Assembly: GCA_965262715.1 (NCBI GenBank)
Contig: OZ253553.1
Location: forward strand, 2,112,001-2,176,000
DNA length: 64,000 nt
From: Bdellovibrionales bacterium
GTDB lineage: Bacteria; Bdellovibrionota; Bdellovibrionia; Bdellovibrionales; JAUICD01
Reading direction: 5' to 3'
Shown piece by piece: positions 22,687 through 32,279 of this stretch (its first letter is position 1; every line of letters starts with the position of its first letter). Under the pieces are notes generated by a model that saw nothing but the letters and a program-made list of their open reading frames with translations, did no database searches and had not been told where the DNA came from. Position numbers and translations under genes: made by a program.

Positions 22687-22707
22687 AATAAACTACAAAG
22701 TTCTTCA

Positions 22708-23091
22708 TTACCAAACCTGAATGAGAACCTCACCTCCCACATTCTGTTTTTTCGCTTCTTCCCCCGACATCACACCCTTACTAGTACTTAAAATAGAAAG
22801 GCCATACCCAGAACGAACTTTAGGTATACTCTGGACTCCAGCATATTTTCTCAAACCCGGCTTGCTTATTAAACGAATCACATTGATTAAAGGCTTTCTC
22901 TGATGAGTGTACTTTAAATAAATGCGAAGCATGCCCTGCTTAGAGTCCTTGGCCTCAGCAAAATGCCTGATAAAGCCCTTCTCTTTCAAAACCATCGCTA
23001 CAGCCTTCCTCATATTAGAACTAGGTATATCTACCTTATCATGGTTTGCCATCTGAGCATTCCTAATACGAGTGATAAAATCACTAATCAC
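22708..23091 (-). CDS. rpsH: 30S ribosomal protein S8 (start set to GTG 23091)
   Basis: DFITRIRNA, ISKPGLR, STSKG, GGEV; AGGAG SD. Confidence 0.95.
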   Translation of the reverse strand: MISDFITRIRNAQMANHDKVDIPSSNMRKAVAMVLKEKGFIRHFAEAKDSKQGMLRIYLKYTHQRKPLINVIRLISKPGLRKYAGVQSIPKVRSGYGLSILSTSKGVMSGEEAKKQNVGGEVLIQVW

Positions 23092-23106
23092 TTCAAAAAC
23101 TCCTAT

Positions 23107-23210
23107 CTGTCTTACCAAACATCTGACCCCTCACGAGGCAAGCCTCTCGAGGTCAAGCTTCCAGCCACTTTCTAGCAGTCAACTGAAGTAGCTGATTACC
23201 AAAAATGCTT
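23107..23210 (-). repeat. Degenerate family A copy
   Basis: CTGTCTTA end, AAGCCTCTCGAGG, TTTCTAGCAGTCA..GTAGCTGA. Confidence 0.6.
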
Positions 23211-23221
23211 TTTATAATATA

Positions 23222-23407
23222 TCACCAGCTGGCTTTTATAACTCCAGGAATCAACCCATTGCCAGCCCTTTGTCTAAAACAAATACGGCACATTGCAAAT
23301 TTACGCATATAACTGCGCGGACGACCACAAAGCTCACAACGATTGTATTTCCTAACTTTAAACCTCTGCTTTTTTTGAGCTTTAGCAATCATTGATTTCT
23401 TAGCCAT
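23222..23407 (-). CDS. rpsN: 30S ribosomal protein S14 (Zn-binding type Z)
   Basis: [23 protein letters not shown]; 61 aa. Confidence 0.97.
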   Translation of the reverse strand: MAKKSMIAKAQKKQRFKVRKYNRCELCGRPRSYMRKFAMCRICFRQRAGNGLIPGVIKASW

Positions 23408-23432
23408 ACTGTTCTCCTCAAAATGACCCAAC

Positions 23433-23612
23433 CTTCTTCACTCAAAATAACCTAACCTCTTGAGGCAAGCCTCTCGAGGCGAGCCTCTGGTTGCTTTCTA
23501 GTAATGACCCCAAATAGCTAAAGCCCTTAAACAAATAGGTCATTGCCTAGAAAAAATAACGCAATTTGGTAAAGAGAATCTCTTCATCCCTTCGCATCAT
23601 GTTAAGGGAATT
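23433..23612 (-). repeat. Family A copy (variant with extra hairpins)
   Basis: CACTCAAAAT, GCCTCTGG, AATGACC/GGTCATT stem, CATCATGTTAAGGGAAT. Confidence 0.8.
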
Positions 23613-23736
23613 ATAATATCTAACTGCATCAAAATCCGAAGATTACCTTCATTTTTTTACAAAATGTCAGGAAACCCTTATTCACTTAAAACACGAATCT
23701 CTAGTCACTCTTTCTTACTCTACCTTTACTTACCTG

Positions 23737-24282
23737 TCATACTTTTTTAAAAGGCATACCCAAAGCACTTAATAAAGCCAGTCCTTCCTTATTTGAAGGA
23801 GCTGATGTACATACCGTGATATTCATTCCTCGTATCTGATCAATCTTATCATAGTTAATCTCTGGAAACACAATTTGCTCCTTAAGTCCCATATTAAAGT
23901 TGCCCTTACCATCAAACCCTTGTGGAGAAATACCTCTAAAATCTCGCACACGAGGCAATGCTAAAGAAATTAACCGGTCAAGAAAAGACCACATTTTTTC
24001 CCTTCTTAAAGTTACAAAAGCTCCAAGCGGCATGCCCTTTCTTAATTTAAAGTTGGCAATAGCCTTCTTTGCTTTAGCAATACAAGGCTTTTGTCCAGTC
24101 ATAAATGCTAAATCCGACTCAATAAAAGGCACTGTCTTAGAGTTTTTAACAGCCTCCTTACCAGAACAAACACTTACTACAATCTTTTGCAACTTAGGGA
24201 TCTGCATAGAAGAACTATAAGCAAATTGTTCCTTTAATTTTGTCTTTACCTCTAAGTTGTATTTTTCCTGCAGTCGATTCAT
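23737..24282 (-). CDS. rplE: 50S ribosomal protein L5
   Basis: TGQKP, LPRVRDFRG, FPEINYDK. Confidence 0.97.
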   Translation of the reverse strand: MNRLQEKYNLEVKTKLKEQFAYSSSMQIPKLQKIVVSVCSGKEAVKNSKTVPFIESDLAFMTGQKPCIAKAKKAIANFKLRKGMPLGAFVTLRREKMWSFLDRLISLALPRVRDFRGISPQGFDGKGNFNMGLKEQIVFPEINYDKIDQIRGMNITVCTSAPSNKEGLALLSALGMPFKKV

Positions 24283-24327
24283 AATATTTCTCATCCACAT
24301 TACTTATATTTCTTATAACAAACCCTA

Positions 24328-24356
24328 ACATTAACTGATACAAGCTCAGTTGTCAA
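24328..24356 (-). promoter_or_regulatory. Putative sigma70 promoter of rplE operon
   Basis: Minus strand TTGACA-17 nt-TAATGT. Confidence 0.5.
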
Positions 24357-24373
24357 AATTGTCAAGTCATTTA

Positions 24374-24510
24374 TTTTCACTTAAAATGAACATGACCACT
24401 TATCTGACATCAACCCGAAAATTGCATCATTAGCAAATAGCTGACCGCCTAGAAAGAATGATGCACTTAGGAAAAAACATCTTCATTCTTTTATACTATG
24501 TTAAGAAATA
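24374..24510 (-). repeat. Degenerate family A copy
   Basis: TTTCACTTAAAATG...GCAAATAGCTGACCGCCTAGAAAG...ATGTTAAGAAAT. Confidence 0.7.
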
Positions 24511-24548
24511 ACTTATTTTATCTACTACTAATCTTTATAAAGAACAAT

Positions 24549-24584
24549 AAAAAAAGGTAAGCCTTAGCTAGCCTACCCTTTTTT
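24549..24584 (-). terminator. Intrinsic terminator
   Basis: Minus strand GGTAGGC/GCTTACC stem followed by T run. Confidence 0.7.
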
Positions 24585-24624
24585 AAATCACAATTATAAA
24601 AATAAGTGTTTTTAAAACTATATT

Positions 24625-25221
24625 TTATTGGTCATCATCGTCGCCATCATCATCAGAAGCAGGTGGCGTTGGTTCTAATCTAGCTACAGCATCACTATCT
24701 AATACCGCCTCTGCTAATTCCGCGCCTGCTACATTAGTATCTTCCTCATCACTTAATATACCTTGAAGTGCATTATAAGCATCTTCAGTTACAGTATGTA
24801 ACGTAAAGACTCTGTCGTTATCATCCTCAGTATCATGATGTTCCACGAGAACATAAAACTTTGCTTCCTCCGGATCATCTGTTGGTGAAGCCGCCTCTGC
24901 TGGTGGAGGTGTATCTCCTGGTGGAGCTGGTGTACCTTCTGGTGGAGCTGGTGTACCTTCTGGTGGAACTGGTAGAGCCACCGGTGCATCCTCTGCAGCA
25001 AGATAAAGTGTTCTTGTGTCATCACCTTCTATAGCGATTTCTTGATCAAAATCAACATTATATCTTACATCTTCGTAGTCAAAATGTAGGGTATTGGTAT
25101 TTTGGTTTAAATTATAATTAATTATGGTTGGTCCCTCTCCATCAGAACCACCACGATTTGCACACCCAAAAACTGTGATAGTTAAAAGCACCGCAGTTAA
25201 TAATAATATTTTATTTTTCAT
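24625..25221 (-). CDS. Acidic lipoprotein with PPEGTPA 21-bp repeats
   Basis: Lipobox VFGC; GGAGG SD before ATG 25221. Confidence 0.75.
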   Translation of the reverse strand: MKNKILLLTAVLLTITVFGCANRGGSDGEGPTIINYNLNQNTNTLHFDYEDVRYNVDFDQEIAIEGDDTRTLYLAAEDAPVALPVPPEGTPAPPEGTPAPPGDTPPPAEAASPTDDPEEAKFYVLVEHHDTEDDNDRVFTLHTVTEDAYNALQGILSDEEDTNVAGAELAEAVLDSDAVARLEPTPPASDDDGDDDDQ

Positions 25222-25623
25222 TATAACCTCCAAAGACTAAAGTAGTTGAATTTTTAATCAAGTTAAAATAAACAAACCAATTAGAGATTGTTATTTCAAT
25301 TTAATTAACACTTCTAAAAAATGAATATCTTATCCTTCAAGGGTAATCTGACATATTTTAAGTAGGCAAGAAGTTTTTTTATAAAGTCTTGTTATTTCTA
25401 AAAACAAACTGGTAATAATGCGACACGTCAAATCATGCAATGTTTTTTACCTTGCAGGCTTTAACTCTAACCTATTTTATTTTCAGTGATCATTATTTTA
25501 TTGATCAGTAAAAGTAAAAAATATTAAAAACTATTTAAAATCAATGACTTCTATTGTAACTCTATTGTCACCATATAAATAAACCCAAAAGTATAGGCAA
25601 ACTACATTAACAAGAAGAGTTGA

Positions 25624-27126
25624 TTAGTCAGGCCAGCTCAAAATCAAATCGTGTCTTTTTTGCAAGTGAGGCATTTGTTGTTGAGCTTTCCTTTGCTGGC
25701 GGAATAATTTGTCTCGAATAGACTCTATACTATAATACTCCGGATGGCCTTTTAGAAGTTTAGGATTATTGGTCAGTTGGACATCAAGTGAATTTAATTC
25801 TGCTTGCAAAGTTTGTATTTTTTTACTTATCTTCTGATACTCTGCTATTTTATCACGACCAAGGACATTTTGACGGTCACAATAAGCTTTTTGAGCTAAA
25901 CAAGCATTGTTCCTACTGGATGTTTGATAACTTAAACGAGAACACTGTCGATAAAGTTTCACATCATCTCTTAAGGAACAATTTCCATACAAAATAGCTT
26001 GAAAATGTGAAGGATCTAAAAGAGAATCATCATTCTCATCATCGAAAACATTACCCCATCGAATACCATGGCTTGATAACATACTATTTTCTTGAACCAC
26101 ACGGCAATCATAATTTGGTGCATAACGCTCTTCAAGATATTCATCCCATAAACCTAAAAGATGTATTATTTCATGTGTTGTAGATGAACAGTGCATATTC
26201 ATATGATAGTATTTAGCATTCCTGAGTGCGTAACGAGAACCAATTTGAATAGAATGTTTTGGCATACAAGAATCAACCTGATAAGCATCTTCAATGACAA
26301 TTTCTAATATTTCTCCATGAGGTCCTCTCATTTTAAGATTGGCCTCACTTATACAAGGTCTGACTTTTTCTTCTATGTAATAATTATGCATTTGATCAAT
26401 TGGCACAGGTATATCTCCATCATACCAAAGAGAAAAATGAACAGAGAACTTTAAAGTCACAAAAGCTTTATAATGATTTTTAGATTTTCTTTTTATCTTA
26501 TAATAAATATAAGGAAGAATAGTCGACTGAACTGGAGTGATAATAAAATGTTTTTCCTCTCCAATTTTGTATTCACTACAAGACCCTTCATCTTCTAACC
26601 TCTGTAAAAGATTAACAAGCTCAGTGCTTATGTAATGTGGGGATGCATTATTCTCCAATAAATGCTCAGCAAAAGGTGTTATCAAGTTTGGATTATGTGA
26701 CACCATTACATTCACTAAAGATAAAACCCTATCACGGACAACCGCATACTCAGCTTGCATATCCTGACAACTGCTTTTTTCTTCATCTGTTAGAGCTTCA
26801 CAGCTGATAGGTACTCGATTGTATTTGTTAAGTTCATTTTTTAAACCTTCTAGAATAAATCGCAAACACAATGTTCCTTTTTCATTTAGAATATGCAGAA
26901 TTTGATTATATTGAGATAAAGACCCATGAGTAACAAGTTGTACAATATCTGTACTATAACAAACACCTGGGTCACAATTAGAAGTTAATTGTGTTGCTAT
27001 CTTACTAACTTTTTCTTCTGTAAAAATAAGAGGTGAATGAGAAGCAAAAACCAGACATGAAACACTAAAAACTTTTATAAGATAAATACAACAAACTATC
27101 CATTTCAATCTCATTTTCAATTCCAA
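25624..27126 (-). CDS. Secreted putative zinc metallopeptidase
   Basis: HEIIHLLGLWDEY; signal-like N-terminus; Cys-rich. Confidence 0.7.
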   Translation of the reverse strand: MELKMRLKWIVCCIYLIKVFSVSCLVFASHSPLIFTEEKVSKIATQLTSNCDPGVCYSTDIVQLVTHGSLSQYNQILHILNEKGTLCLRFILEGLKNELNKYNRVPISCEALTDEEKSSCQDMQAEYAVVRDRVLSLVNVMVSHNPNLITPFAEHLLENNASPHYISTELVNLLQRLEDEGSCSEYKIGEEKHFIITPVQSTILPYIYYKIKRKSKNHYKAFVTLKFSVHFSLWYDGDIPVPIDQMHNYYIEEKVRPCISEANLKMRGPHGEILEIVIEDAYQVDSCMPKHSIQIGSRYALRNAKYYHMNMHCSSTTHEIIHLLGLWDEYLEERYAPNYDCRVVQENSMLSSHGIRWGNVFDDENDDSLLDPSHFQAILYGNCSLRDDVKLYRQCSRLSYQTSSRNNACLAQKAYCDRQNVLGRDKIAEYQKISKKIQTLQAELNSLDVQLTNNPKLLKGHPEYYSIESIRDKLFRQQRKAQQQMPHLQKRHDLILSWPD

Positions 27127-27415
27127 AAAGTAAAACCATCACCTGAAGTCATTCATTGTACTTATTTAATAACTTAACAAAACCAGTAATATCACAAATA
27201 GTTTTAATCCTCACCTATCATTTCTGGAGATATTTTACCAACATTTAATTTGAAAGCCAAATTTATCTTAATATTGCAAAATACAAAGCTTATTTTTGAG
27301 ACTGCTTCTAAATAATATCCAAACATAAATTGTTCTTATAATTTTTATAAACATTTTATATATGAAGCGGTCTCAAAAATAAAAGTTTATTCAACTCCGT
27401 CAAGAACATAAAAAC

Positions 27416-27514
27416 ATGACTGTTGCACAAGCTGCTAGGAGATTAGGAGTAAGTGATTCAGCTTTGAGAAGATACATTTCTGAATATGAACAAAAACATG
27501 GTCCTATCCCTTGA
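27416..27514 (+). pseudogene. IS3-like OrfA HTH remnant
   Basis: MTVAQAARRLGVSDSALRRYISEY; follows a MITE TIR at 27364. Confidence 0.5.
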
Positions 27515-27703
27515 AGACAATAAGGATGACATATCATTAATTTGAAAGTTCTATTTAAAAAGCTTTTTATCTTAAAACAGATGAAACCAATCCATTTTAA
27601 AGCAGATAATGGAAGCAGGTCCTTTATTTGTAGTATTTACACCTATGTAGACAAATTATCTTTTTATGCTTTTAATAACTAGAAAAAATATCTATGAAAG
27701 TTT

Positions 27704-28768
27704 TTATGGCACTTCTATTAACAGTTGCTCTATTTCTCGTTTTATATCTTCGGTATTAGGAATGGTGGCATCTTCTAAGTTTTCATGCAACCCAACCCCA
27801 GGAACATTCTGAGATGCTAAAACTCTAGGTCTTGCTAAAAGTTCATAGAACAAATCATTAGTAATACGATAACTTAAGTGTTCTGCAAAATTTGTTACTT
27901 CTGTTTCTTCATTCACAAAAAGAATTCTTTTTGTTTTTGAAGCAGACTCTTTAATCAAAGACCAATCATAAGGATAGATCGAACGTAGATCTAAAACTTC
28001 AATAGATATCCTATCATTATTGTTTTCTACCATTTTAGTAGCTTTTAAACACATATTTACCATTCGGCCATAAGTGATAATAGTAATATCTTTACCTGTC
28101 TTGACGATCTTGCCTTTTCCAATAGGAATAGAGAAATATTGCAAATTCGGCCAGTTAGGAGTCCATGCCTTTCGAGCTGTACCAACAGGCGCATCAATGC
28201 ATTTTTTTAATTCATTTTCACTTTTAGACTCACCAGGAATAAGCTCTTTACCAGAGACTCTTAAAAGAGCTTTGGGCATTAAAAACATTACAGGGTTAGG
28301 ATCTTCAATAGCAGCAATCATAAGACCATAAGCATCCAAAGGCGTACTTGGCATCACAATTTTCCAGCCTTGAATTCTAGACGCCCATGCTTCAAAACTA
28401 TGACTATGATAAACAGAACCATGAATGCCAGCACCAACAGGCGTCATCAACACAAGAGGTAAATAAACTTGGCCATTTGAACACCAATGTGTATTGCCAA
28501 CAATTTTAAGAAGATCTATGGTATTAAAAATATAATCAACAAATTGAATTTCTGCAACACAGCGATCTCCTGTCATAGCAATACCGGCAGCCATTCCAAC
28601 AATACCACGTTCATCAAGAGGTGTGTTCCATGCAGTTTTCAATCCTTGGGTCGCTGTAAAAACTCCGCCCAAAGGAGGACCCACATCCTGCCCAAAAATA
28701 TCTTGGACTTCTAAATGCTCCTCTCCATAATGCAAAGCCATCCGAATGGCCTGAGCCATATTTGCCAC
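27704..28768 (-). CDS. 2-oxoacid dehydrogenase E1 beta subunit
   Basis: GQDVG..GGVF, NTPLDE, AEIQFVDY, HSHS, DLRS. Confidence 0.9.
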   Translation of the reverse strand: MANMAQAIRMALHYGEEHLEVQDIFGQDVGPPLGGVFTATQGLKTAWNTPLDERGIVGMAAGIAMTGDRCVAEIQFVDYIFNTIDLLKIVGNTHWCSNGQVYLPLVLMTPVGAGIHGSVYHSHSFEAWASRIQGWKIVMPSTPLDAYGLMIAAIEDPNPVMFLMPKALLRVSGKELIPGESKSENELKKCIDAPVGTARKAWTPNWPNLQYFSIPIGKGKIVKTGKDITIITYGRMVNMCLKATKMVENNNDRISIEVLDLRSIYPYDWSLIKESASKTKRILFVNEETEVTNFAEHLSYRITNDLFYELLARPRVLASQNVPGVGLHENLEDATIPNTEDIKREIEQLLIEVP

Positions 28769-29026
28769 TTTATGCTCCTATTAACTGAAAAACATATGAT
28801 TACAAATTGTTATTCTATTATTATGTTTCTATGTAAACAAGAGATAAATTCTTAATTATATAACAACTTAATAATGACTCACATCGTAGATCATGATATT
28901 TGCTCTTTTTTAGAAGCCATCTCAAAAATAAAGTCTTGTAGTATTTGAAAGATTGAATTACAAAATACAAAATATTACTTGATCTCTAGATAATAAAAGT
29001 AAGAAACTATATGCGAGGTGTAAAAA

Positions 29027-29995
29027 ATAAAAATCTTCATCTTCACATTTATCTTTATTTTCATCTTCACCTATCAGGCTAGAGGAACTTGTGATTTTAA
29101 TCAATATTCAGGTGATGTGGGTTTAGGTATCATCAACGGTCATCAAATATACACCCTATTTACAAGACATGTAAGCACGCAAGAGGCGGACGATGCTAAA
29201 TCTTTCATGGAAACAAACACCTTAAGTGCAGTTGTACATGTACTCAATGCAACTATTGACAAACACCAAATGAAAATTCAATCTGAACACTCTAAAGTTC
29301 AACAAATAATAGAACTACTTGAATCCGAAACAATTGATTGGGTAGGTATTGAAGCCGCACCAGAAGATCTACAAAGAACATCTCTTGCCACTTTAGTTTC
29401 AGTATATAGAAATGACAGAAACTCATTGAATAACTTTAATATTCATCCTCAATGGGATCAAAATAAAACTGATAAAATACTCCATCTCTTATTCCCTTCT
29501 ATTGTTATTGCTTATGCTCAAAATTCAGCGATCTTTCAAGGAGTAAGAATCGTTCCACTTGAAAATCATGAACAAAGAGCAGAAGGTTTTGAAATAGAGT
29601 CACGAATAAACGCTCAAAAAAACATTCTTGCTGATTTCCTCCACACAAGGTTGATCACACTATCCCAATTTCAAACAATTGAAGCTTTTTTCTTAGATCG
29701 ACTTTATAACATTATTAAATCAAATTCTAATAGTGAAATTGAATCAATTTTAGAAAGCCTTCAAGAAGAAGCCCGCGTCGCTGTTAATACCTACTTAGAT
29801 CAAATCAATGAATTTGTACATTTAAAGGAGAAACGCAGCCAAACAGCCGCCATATCTATATCTCAACAATCCGGTAATGGGCTAGTTATTATGGGACCTT
29901 CTCATGCCAAAGATATAGAAGAATACTTAACAGCATCCTGCCAAACTATTTCACCTATAGACGAAGATAGTCGTACAGCTATCAAAATAGAATAG
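29027..29995 (+). CDS. Secreted hypothetical protein (paralog of 47007-48011); start uncertain
   Basis: Frame open from 29024 with a hydrophobic leader; IYTLFT.H and IDWVGIE motifs. Confidence 0.65.
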   Translation: MKIFIFTFIFIFIFTYQARGTCDFNQYSGDVGLGIINGHQIYTLFTRHVSTQEADDAKSFMETNTLSAVVHVLNATIDKHQMKIQSEHSKVQQIIELLESETIDWVGIEAAPEDLQRTSLATLVSVYRNDRNSLNNFNIHPQWDQNKTDKILHLLFPSIVIAYAQNSAIFQGVRIVPLENHEQRAEGFEIESRINAQKNILADFLHTRLITLSQFQTIEAFFLDRLYNIIKSNSNSEIESILESLQEEARVAVNTYLDQINEFVHLKEKRSQTAAISISQQSGNGLVIMGPSHAKDIEEYLTASCQTISPIDEDSRTAIKIE

Positions 29996-30021
29996 TAAAA
30001 GCAATGTTACCGGTCCACCCA

Positions 30022-30050
30022 TTGAAATTCTAATAAATATGTCTTACAAT
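30022..30050 (+). promoter_or_regulatory. Putative sigma70 promoter of pspA-like operon
   Basis: TTGAAA-17 nt-TACAAT. Confidence 0.5.
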
Positions 30051-30114
30051 AAATTCTACGCATTCTAAAACAATGTTATGAATATATTAATTATATGAAC
30101 ATATAGGATGATAG

Positions 30115-30465
30115 ATGTCTGTATTCCAAAGGTTAGGTAAAGTTATTTCAAGCCATATCAAGGACTTAACCGATAGGCAGACAACACAAAATCAGTCTTT
30201 CACTGAACATTATGAGTATCAAAGAGTAAATACCCATTCAAATCACAATCACATTGATGAAAAAGAAAGCCTATATCGAGCTAACCTTGAAGTTGACACA
30301 AGTACTAATATTAAAGATATTCGCACTTCATATAAAAGTTTAATGAAAAAATACCACCCAGATCTTCATGCTTCAGATCAAAATAAGAGAAAAACAGCAG
30401 AGCAAATAACAAAAAAGTTAAATGAAGCTATGAATTACTTTGAAAAAAAATACAAAAAGCAGTAA
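30115..30465 (+). CDS. J-domain protein
   Basis: KKYHPD, LNEA; PspA-like N-terminal helix. Confidence 0.85.
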   Translation: MSVFQRLGKVISSHIKDLTDRQTTQNQSFTEHYEYQRVNTHSNHNHIDEKESLYRANLEVDTSTNIKDIRTSYKSLMKKYHPDLHASDQNKRKTAEQITKKLNEAMNYFEKKYKKQ

Positions 30466-30508
30466 GAATACTTAAAAAGTAATCAGACAACTAAAGAAGG
30501 AGTACTCA

Positions 30509-30916
30509 ATGAGTGACCATTTTGAAAAAGTAAAAGGTTATCTACAAGAATTAGGTTTTCTTCCTATCAAAGAAAACAAAACAAATCAAATAGTTGTTAT
30601 AGAAGATGAAGAGCGAGGTATCAAAAACCTTATTATTGACTGTGAACCTCCTATTTTGATCTTAGAACAATTTATCTTTGATCTGAAGGAAGATGCTCCA
30701 AAAGAAACACTAAGAAAGCTTTTACAAATGAATCGTAATCTGGTACATGGGGCTTTTGTGATTGATGACTCTGGTAAAAAGGTTCTTTTTCGCGACACTT
30801 TACAACTAGAAAACCTGGATCTCAATGAAATCGAAGCCTCAATCAATGCTTTAAGTATTGCCATGGTTGAAAACTCAAATGAAATAGTAAGACTTGCAAG
30901 AAATGAAGGAGAATAA
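30509..30916 (+). CDS. YbjN/CesT-like chaperone-fold protein
   Basis: LLQMNRNLVHGAF, FRDTLQLENLD; lies before pspA. Confidence 0.7.
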   Translation: MSDHFEKVKGYLQELGFLPIKENKTNQIVVIEDEERGIKNLIIDCEPPILILEQFIFDLKEDAPKETLRKLLQMNRNLVHGAFVIDDSGKKVLFRDTLQLENLDLNEIEASINALSIAMVENSNEIVRLARNEGE

Positions 30917-30918
30917 AA

Positions 30919-31629
30919 ATGTTAAAAGCGTTTAAAAGATTATTTAAAATGGCAGAATCTGAGGCTCATTCTGCAATTGACAAGTTTGAAAACCCGATCA
31001 AGATGACAGAGCAAGGCATTCGAGATTTGAAAAAAGACCTTGAAAACGGTATTAGAAGCCTTGCTCAAGTCAAAGCATTAACAATCCGATTGAAAAAAGA
31101 TGCAGCTGACAAAAAGCAAATTGCAGCAGATTATGAGCGAAAAGCCATGTTACTTCTAGAAAAAGGTCAAAAAGGTGGTATGGAAGCAGGCGAGGCTGAT
31201 CGCCTAGCTAGTGAAGCATTAGCTAAAAAAGAAACTGCTTTCACTCAGGCAACAACAGCCTCTCAAGATATTGTGAACCAGGAAAAAATGATAGCTCAAC
31301 TTGAATCCAACATAAAAAAACTCAAATCCCAAATTGGACAGTGGGACAATGAACTTATCACTTTAAGGGCTAGAGCAAAAGTTGCTTCATCCACAAAGAA
31401 ACTCAATCAACAGCTTGCACAAGTTGATTCAGACAGCACCTTATCCATGCTTGAAAAAATGAAAACTAAAGTACAAGAAGATGAAGCTTTAGCTGAATCG
31501 TATGGTGATATGGCCATGCTTGAAAATAACATTGATACAGAAATCAATAAGGCTTTAGCAGGCCAAGCCAACTCAAAAACATCTGACTCCTTAGCATCAC
31601 TTAAAGCTAAAATGGGTATCAACAAGTAG
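30919..31629 (+). CDS. pspA: PspA/IM30 family protein
   Basis: FKRLF, ENPIKMTEQGIRDL, coiled coil, LKAKMG. Confidence 0.9.
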   Translation: MLKAFKRLFKMAESEAHSAIDKFENPIKMTEQGIRDLKKDLENGIRSLAQVKALTIRLKKDAADKKQIAADYERKAMLLLEKGQKGGMEAGEADRLASEALAKKETAFTQATTASQDIVNQEKMIAQLESNIKKLKSQIGQWDNELITLRARAKVASSTKKLNQQLAQVDSDSTLSMLEKMKTKVQEDEALAESYGDMAMLENNIDTEINKALAGQANSKTSDSLASLKAKMGINK

Positions 31630-31640
31630 GAGAGGCTTTT

Positions 31641-32264
31641 ATGATATTTGTTACACTTATAATTTTAATTATCTTAGCAGTAGCAGCTTATTATTTTTGG
31701 ATACGACCACTTAAACAACTTGAAGCTAAAAACTTACCTAAACCTTATGAAAAAGACGAGCTTCGCATTGAAAATGTGGGTCCTGGTGCTGTCATACGTC
31801 TTACAGGAATTGGAAAAGACATGGATGAATTTGACTTAAAAGTTATTTCTAAACACACTTATCGCCAAGTTGAGTCAACATGGTATGAATTAGAATGCGA
31901 TAAAGGTGAGGGAAAAGTCTGGCTTGATATGGAAGAAGACGACGAGTTAGAATTAGCTGTGGGGCTTAAAAAGCTTAAGTTGCGAGATTTAAATATCACA
32001 AAAGAAGATCTTATTCGATTTGACGACGATGAAGATGGCAGTTTTGAATTTGAAGGTGATAAATACTGGCTTGAAGATTCAGATGCTGCTGTATTTTACC
32101 GTTATAGTAATGATAAGGAAGCTGAAAAATTATATTATTGGGATTTTGAAACAGAAGATAGTAAAAAATACATTGGCATTGAAAAATGGTCTGACAATTC
32201 ATACGATGTCACTTATAGCGAGCCTATTAAGTCTTCTCAAGTGACTGTTTACACATTAGAATAA
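31641..32264 (+). CDS. DUF4178-like membrane-anchored protein
   Basis: N-terminal TM; WYE, YWDFE, IEKW; operon context. Confidence 0.6.
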   Translation: MIFVTLIILIILAVAAYYFWIRPLKQLEAKNLPKPYEKDELRIENVGPGAVIRLTGIGKDMDEFDLKVISKHTYRQVESTWYELECDKGEGKVWLDMEEDDELELAVGLKKLKLRDLNITKEDLIRFDDDEDGSFEFEGDKYWLEDSDAAVFYRYSNDKEAEKLYYWDFETEDSKKYIGIEKWSDNSYDVTYSEPIKSSQVTVYTLE

Positions 32265-32279
32265 ACATAAAGAGAGTTC

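Noticed and set aside
21060..23431. N-terminal extensions of S5, S8 and S14 as in-frame repeat insertions
   Set aside because: Better SD-linked starts downstream give normal-length proteins
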